DNA of 64,000 bases. Origin: Chiloscyllium plagiosum (Eukaryota). Numbering within the stretch: position 1 is the first letter of the stretch; each line of letters begins with the position of its first letter. The stretch spans positions 420,367 through 484,366 of the forward strand of contig NC_057757.1 of NCBI RefSeq assembly GCF_004010195.1, read 5' to 3'. Shown in pieces: positions 61,441-64,000 of this stretch. Under the pieces are notes generated by a model that was not told the DNA's origin, made no database searches, and saw only the letters and a program-made list of their open reading frames with translations. The position numbers and the translations under genes are program-made.

Positions 61441-62399
61441 TCAATTTTTATCTTATCTCAGATTATGGCCTTCATCATTTTTCCCACTTATTAACTGTAG
61501 CTTTTGTAAAACACAGAGCAATGTTTCTGCGTAATTTAGAATTGACAAGATTGTGTTTTTAAATGATGAAATGATGCCTTCCTGTGTACAAACGTACCCA
61601 AATGAAGTTTGTGCAAGGTAGTTGGTGTGGGGAAGTGGAAAAGTCAGTGGAGGCCATCTAGACTCAATGTTTCCTCTGAGATATTTTTGCTCATTGTCAA
61701 TGGCAGTTTCCTGTGATTGTCCGCATAACGTTCTTTACTGTTGGCAAACTTTTCACTTGGTATCACAGACCAACTCAATGTATGCAACTGCAGGGTTTTG
61801 AGAGGCACTTGCCTGAGTAGAATTAAAGGCTGATCCTATGCCCTGTCGACACTAGGAGATTGAAGAGGCAAAGCTCACACTGCTCCTTGGATAATATCAG
61901 ATAGGGTCAAACAGCACCCCCACGGTTTGCATGGCACTTGAGAATGGGTTTTCCATTGGCTCAGTGAATCAAATGACTGTGGGCTCATCTTCCACTTCAT
62001 AATCCAGGTAATTGAAGAAGCACTGGAGTTAATTTTATTTTTTCACAGTATATGAGCATTGCTATCAAGATCACTATTTGCTGCTCAGCACTTCATGTCC
62101 TTGAACTAAGTTGTGAAACCATTCAAGAGGACAGTTAAGAGCCAACTACATTGGCTGTGAGTTCGGAGTCACTTAAAAGATTAGCCGATTTACTTCCCGA
62201 AAGAACATTACTGAACCAGATGATTTTACAATAGTCAATAATAGTTTTATGGTTACTGTACTGATATTAGTTTTCGATTCAAGATTTTATAACTTAATTG
62301 AATTTGAATCCTTGTCATCAGACCATCAGTTTGTGCTTCTCGATTACTAGTCCAATAATACTAGCATCTTGCCACAATCTTCCCAAACTATTGGCGAGT

Positions 62400-62960
62400 C
62401 AGTGCTTGGGGATTACCATGCTGTTGAAGTGTGAATACTAAGGGAGCACTGCACTGTTAGACAGGAAGTACTAGGCAAGTGCCACATTATTGGAGGGTCC
62501 ATACTAAAGATGTGTTTCACCAATGCAGCATCAACACCAGAGGAATATCAAACTGTCAGAAAGATGGTACTGAGGTTGTGCCTACAGTTACAGGGTCAGG
62601 ACTGAGGGAGTATTGCACTGCCAGAGTGGCAGTACTGAGGGAATGCAGCATTGTCTGATATGATGTCTTTTGGATAAAACATTAAACGAAAGAACCCATC
62701 TGCTCTCTCAAGAGATATAAAATATCCCACTGCAACTATTTTGATGAAGAGCAGAGAAATTCGCCTTGGTGTCCTGGGCCGTGTTTATCATTGAATCAAA
62801 ATCACTGAATCAAATGATCTGATAATGATCACATTGCTGTTTGTGGGAGCTTGCTGTGCTACAGCATACCAGTGACTACATGTCAAAATGGGTTGCATCA
62901 CTGACTGTGAAGCATTTTGTGACAATCTGTGGTTGTGAAATTGGAGACACAAATATTTCA
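62400..62960 (+). mobile_element. DeuSINE (SacSINE1-like) 3' portion preceded by several degenerate 33-bp units
   Basis: gtactgagggaatgcagcattgtc then ggataaaacattaaac...gaagagcag...ggtgtcctgg (Deu-core-like) and tail ctgtgaagcattt...ggttgtgaaa. Confidence 0.7.
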
Positions 62961-64000
62961 AATTGTTTTTTTTAATCTGGTGCACTCAAGAGTGGCAACT
63001 GATGCAGAGTGCAGCATCTCAACATGATGAATCAGAACAAGATTGTTCTGTGGGCAGAGAGCAGAGAACAATGAGTAATCTGAATCAAATAAGTTCTTAC
63101 TTACTGTGAATTTATGAAAGGCCTGGCTCTTCCTTCCCAGCTACCTGTGTTGTGCAGATTGCATCTGCAGATTGGGCTTTTGTTAAAAGTGCAACTTGAC
63201 CAAATATCAAAACTATGCAGAGACAATTGCTAAGAAAAGGTACATTTCCCTTTTGAAACCCCAGCGTGTTTTTCCAACTACACTGAGGGCTATTTTGCAA
63301 GTTGCACAAGAGACTTCACCACATCTCAGAAATGTCTGAAAGTGCCTCACAAGCACTGGATTTACTGTGAAGAGTTAATGTTCTTATAATGACGTGTTGC
63401 AGCTGAGTTGAGAGAAGTGAAATGGTTCCTCTCTTTGTCCCACTCCTCAACTGGTAGGTGATATTGCCAATTACATATCCATCTGTATTTGGCTCACTAT
63501 CAGAAACAAGTCTGCCAAGTTCTTTTAGTAACAAAGTAATAACTAGCTAATTTGAAACAAAACTCACTTGAGCAAAGGTGTAAAGATTATTAACAAAAAA
63601 CTTAAAGTGTGCAAATAAATGCAGGTACTGTTCTTGAAAACTGATACATATGCACCCACAACCTCCAAGTGCAGGATAGACATAAACTTTGCAGAGTATC
63701 ATCCTGAAAGTACTTTGGCCAAATTAAAGTTAAATTAAGTAAAGAACATCACAGATTGTCCAAATGTTGGCTATATTCAGAATTACATTAGACACATGCT
63801 GTTGGCATTGGGGCGTGTTTCTGGCGAGCTGATTTTGCAGACAGTGTGACAGATTCTGAATTTTCCCTAAGGAACCCTCCACTCGGGTTGATGAAGCTTT
63901 CCAGTGGGTTTTCAATTCACAAACTTTGATGAAATGGGTTTCAGAGAAAGACAAGGGATGGGCAAAGTCTGCTGCTTCAGGTAAGTTAGCTCACTGACTT

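Overview
Eukaryotic genomic DNA with assembly gaps, most likely from a cartilaginous fish (shark). That assignment is inferred from the repeat families: HE1-like V-SINEs, SacSINE1-like DeuSINEs, CR1 LINEs and Penelope-like elements. Two host genes are supported. The first is the last four coding exons of ACADVL (+; 1438-1510, 1880-1952, 9296-9371, 10309-10446), all with GT-AG boundaries and matching phases. The second is an intact single-exon odorant-receptor-like GPCR (-; 49696-50721). Most of the rest is decayed, nested retroelements. The most notable observations are: (i) at least three Penelope-derived repeat families, including a 131-bp non-autonomous element with a 13-bp TSD, carry minimal type-I hammerhead-ribozyme motifs; (ii) a 33-bp minisatellite recurs at several sites and each time lies inside a DeuSINE, suggesting repeated internal expansion; (iii) a 408-bp inverted duplication of an L1 3' end is bounded by the hammerhead-bearing mini-element; (iv) a four-layer nest of transposable elements. 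Repeat family names come from recall of consensus sequences and were not checked against a database. Repeat boundaries without a stated TSD are approximate.
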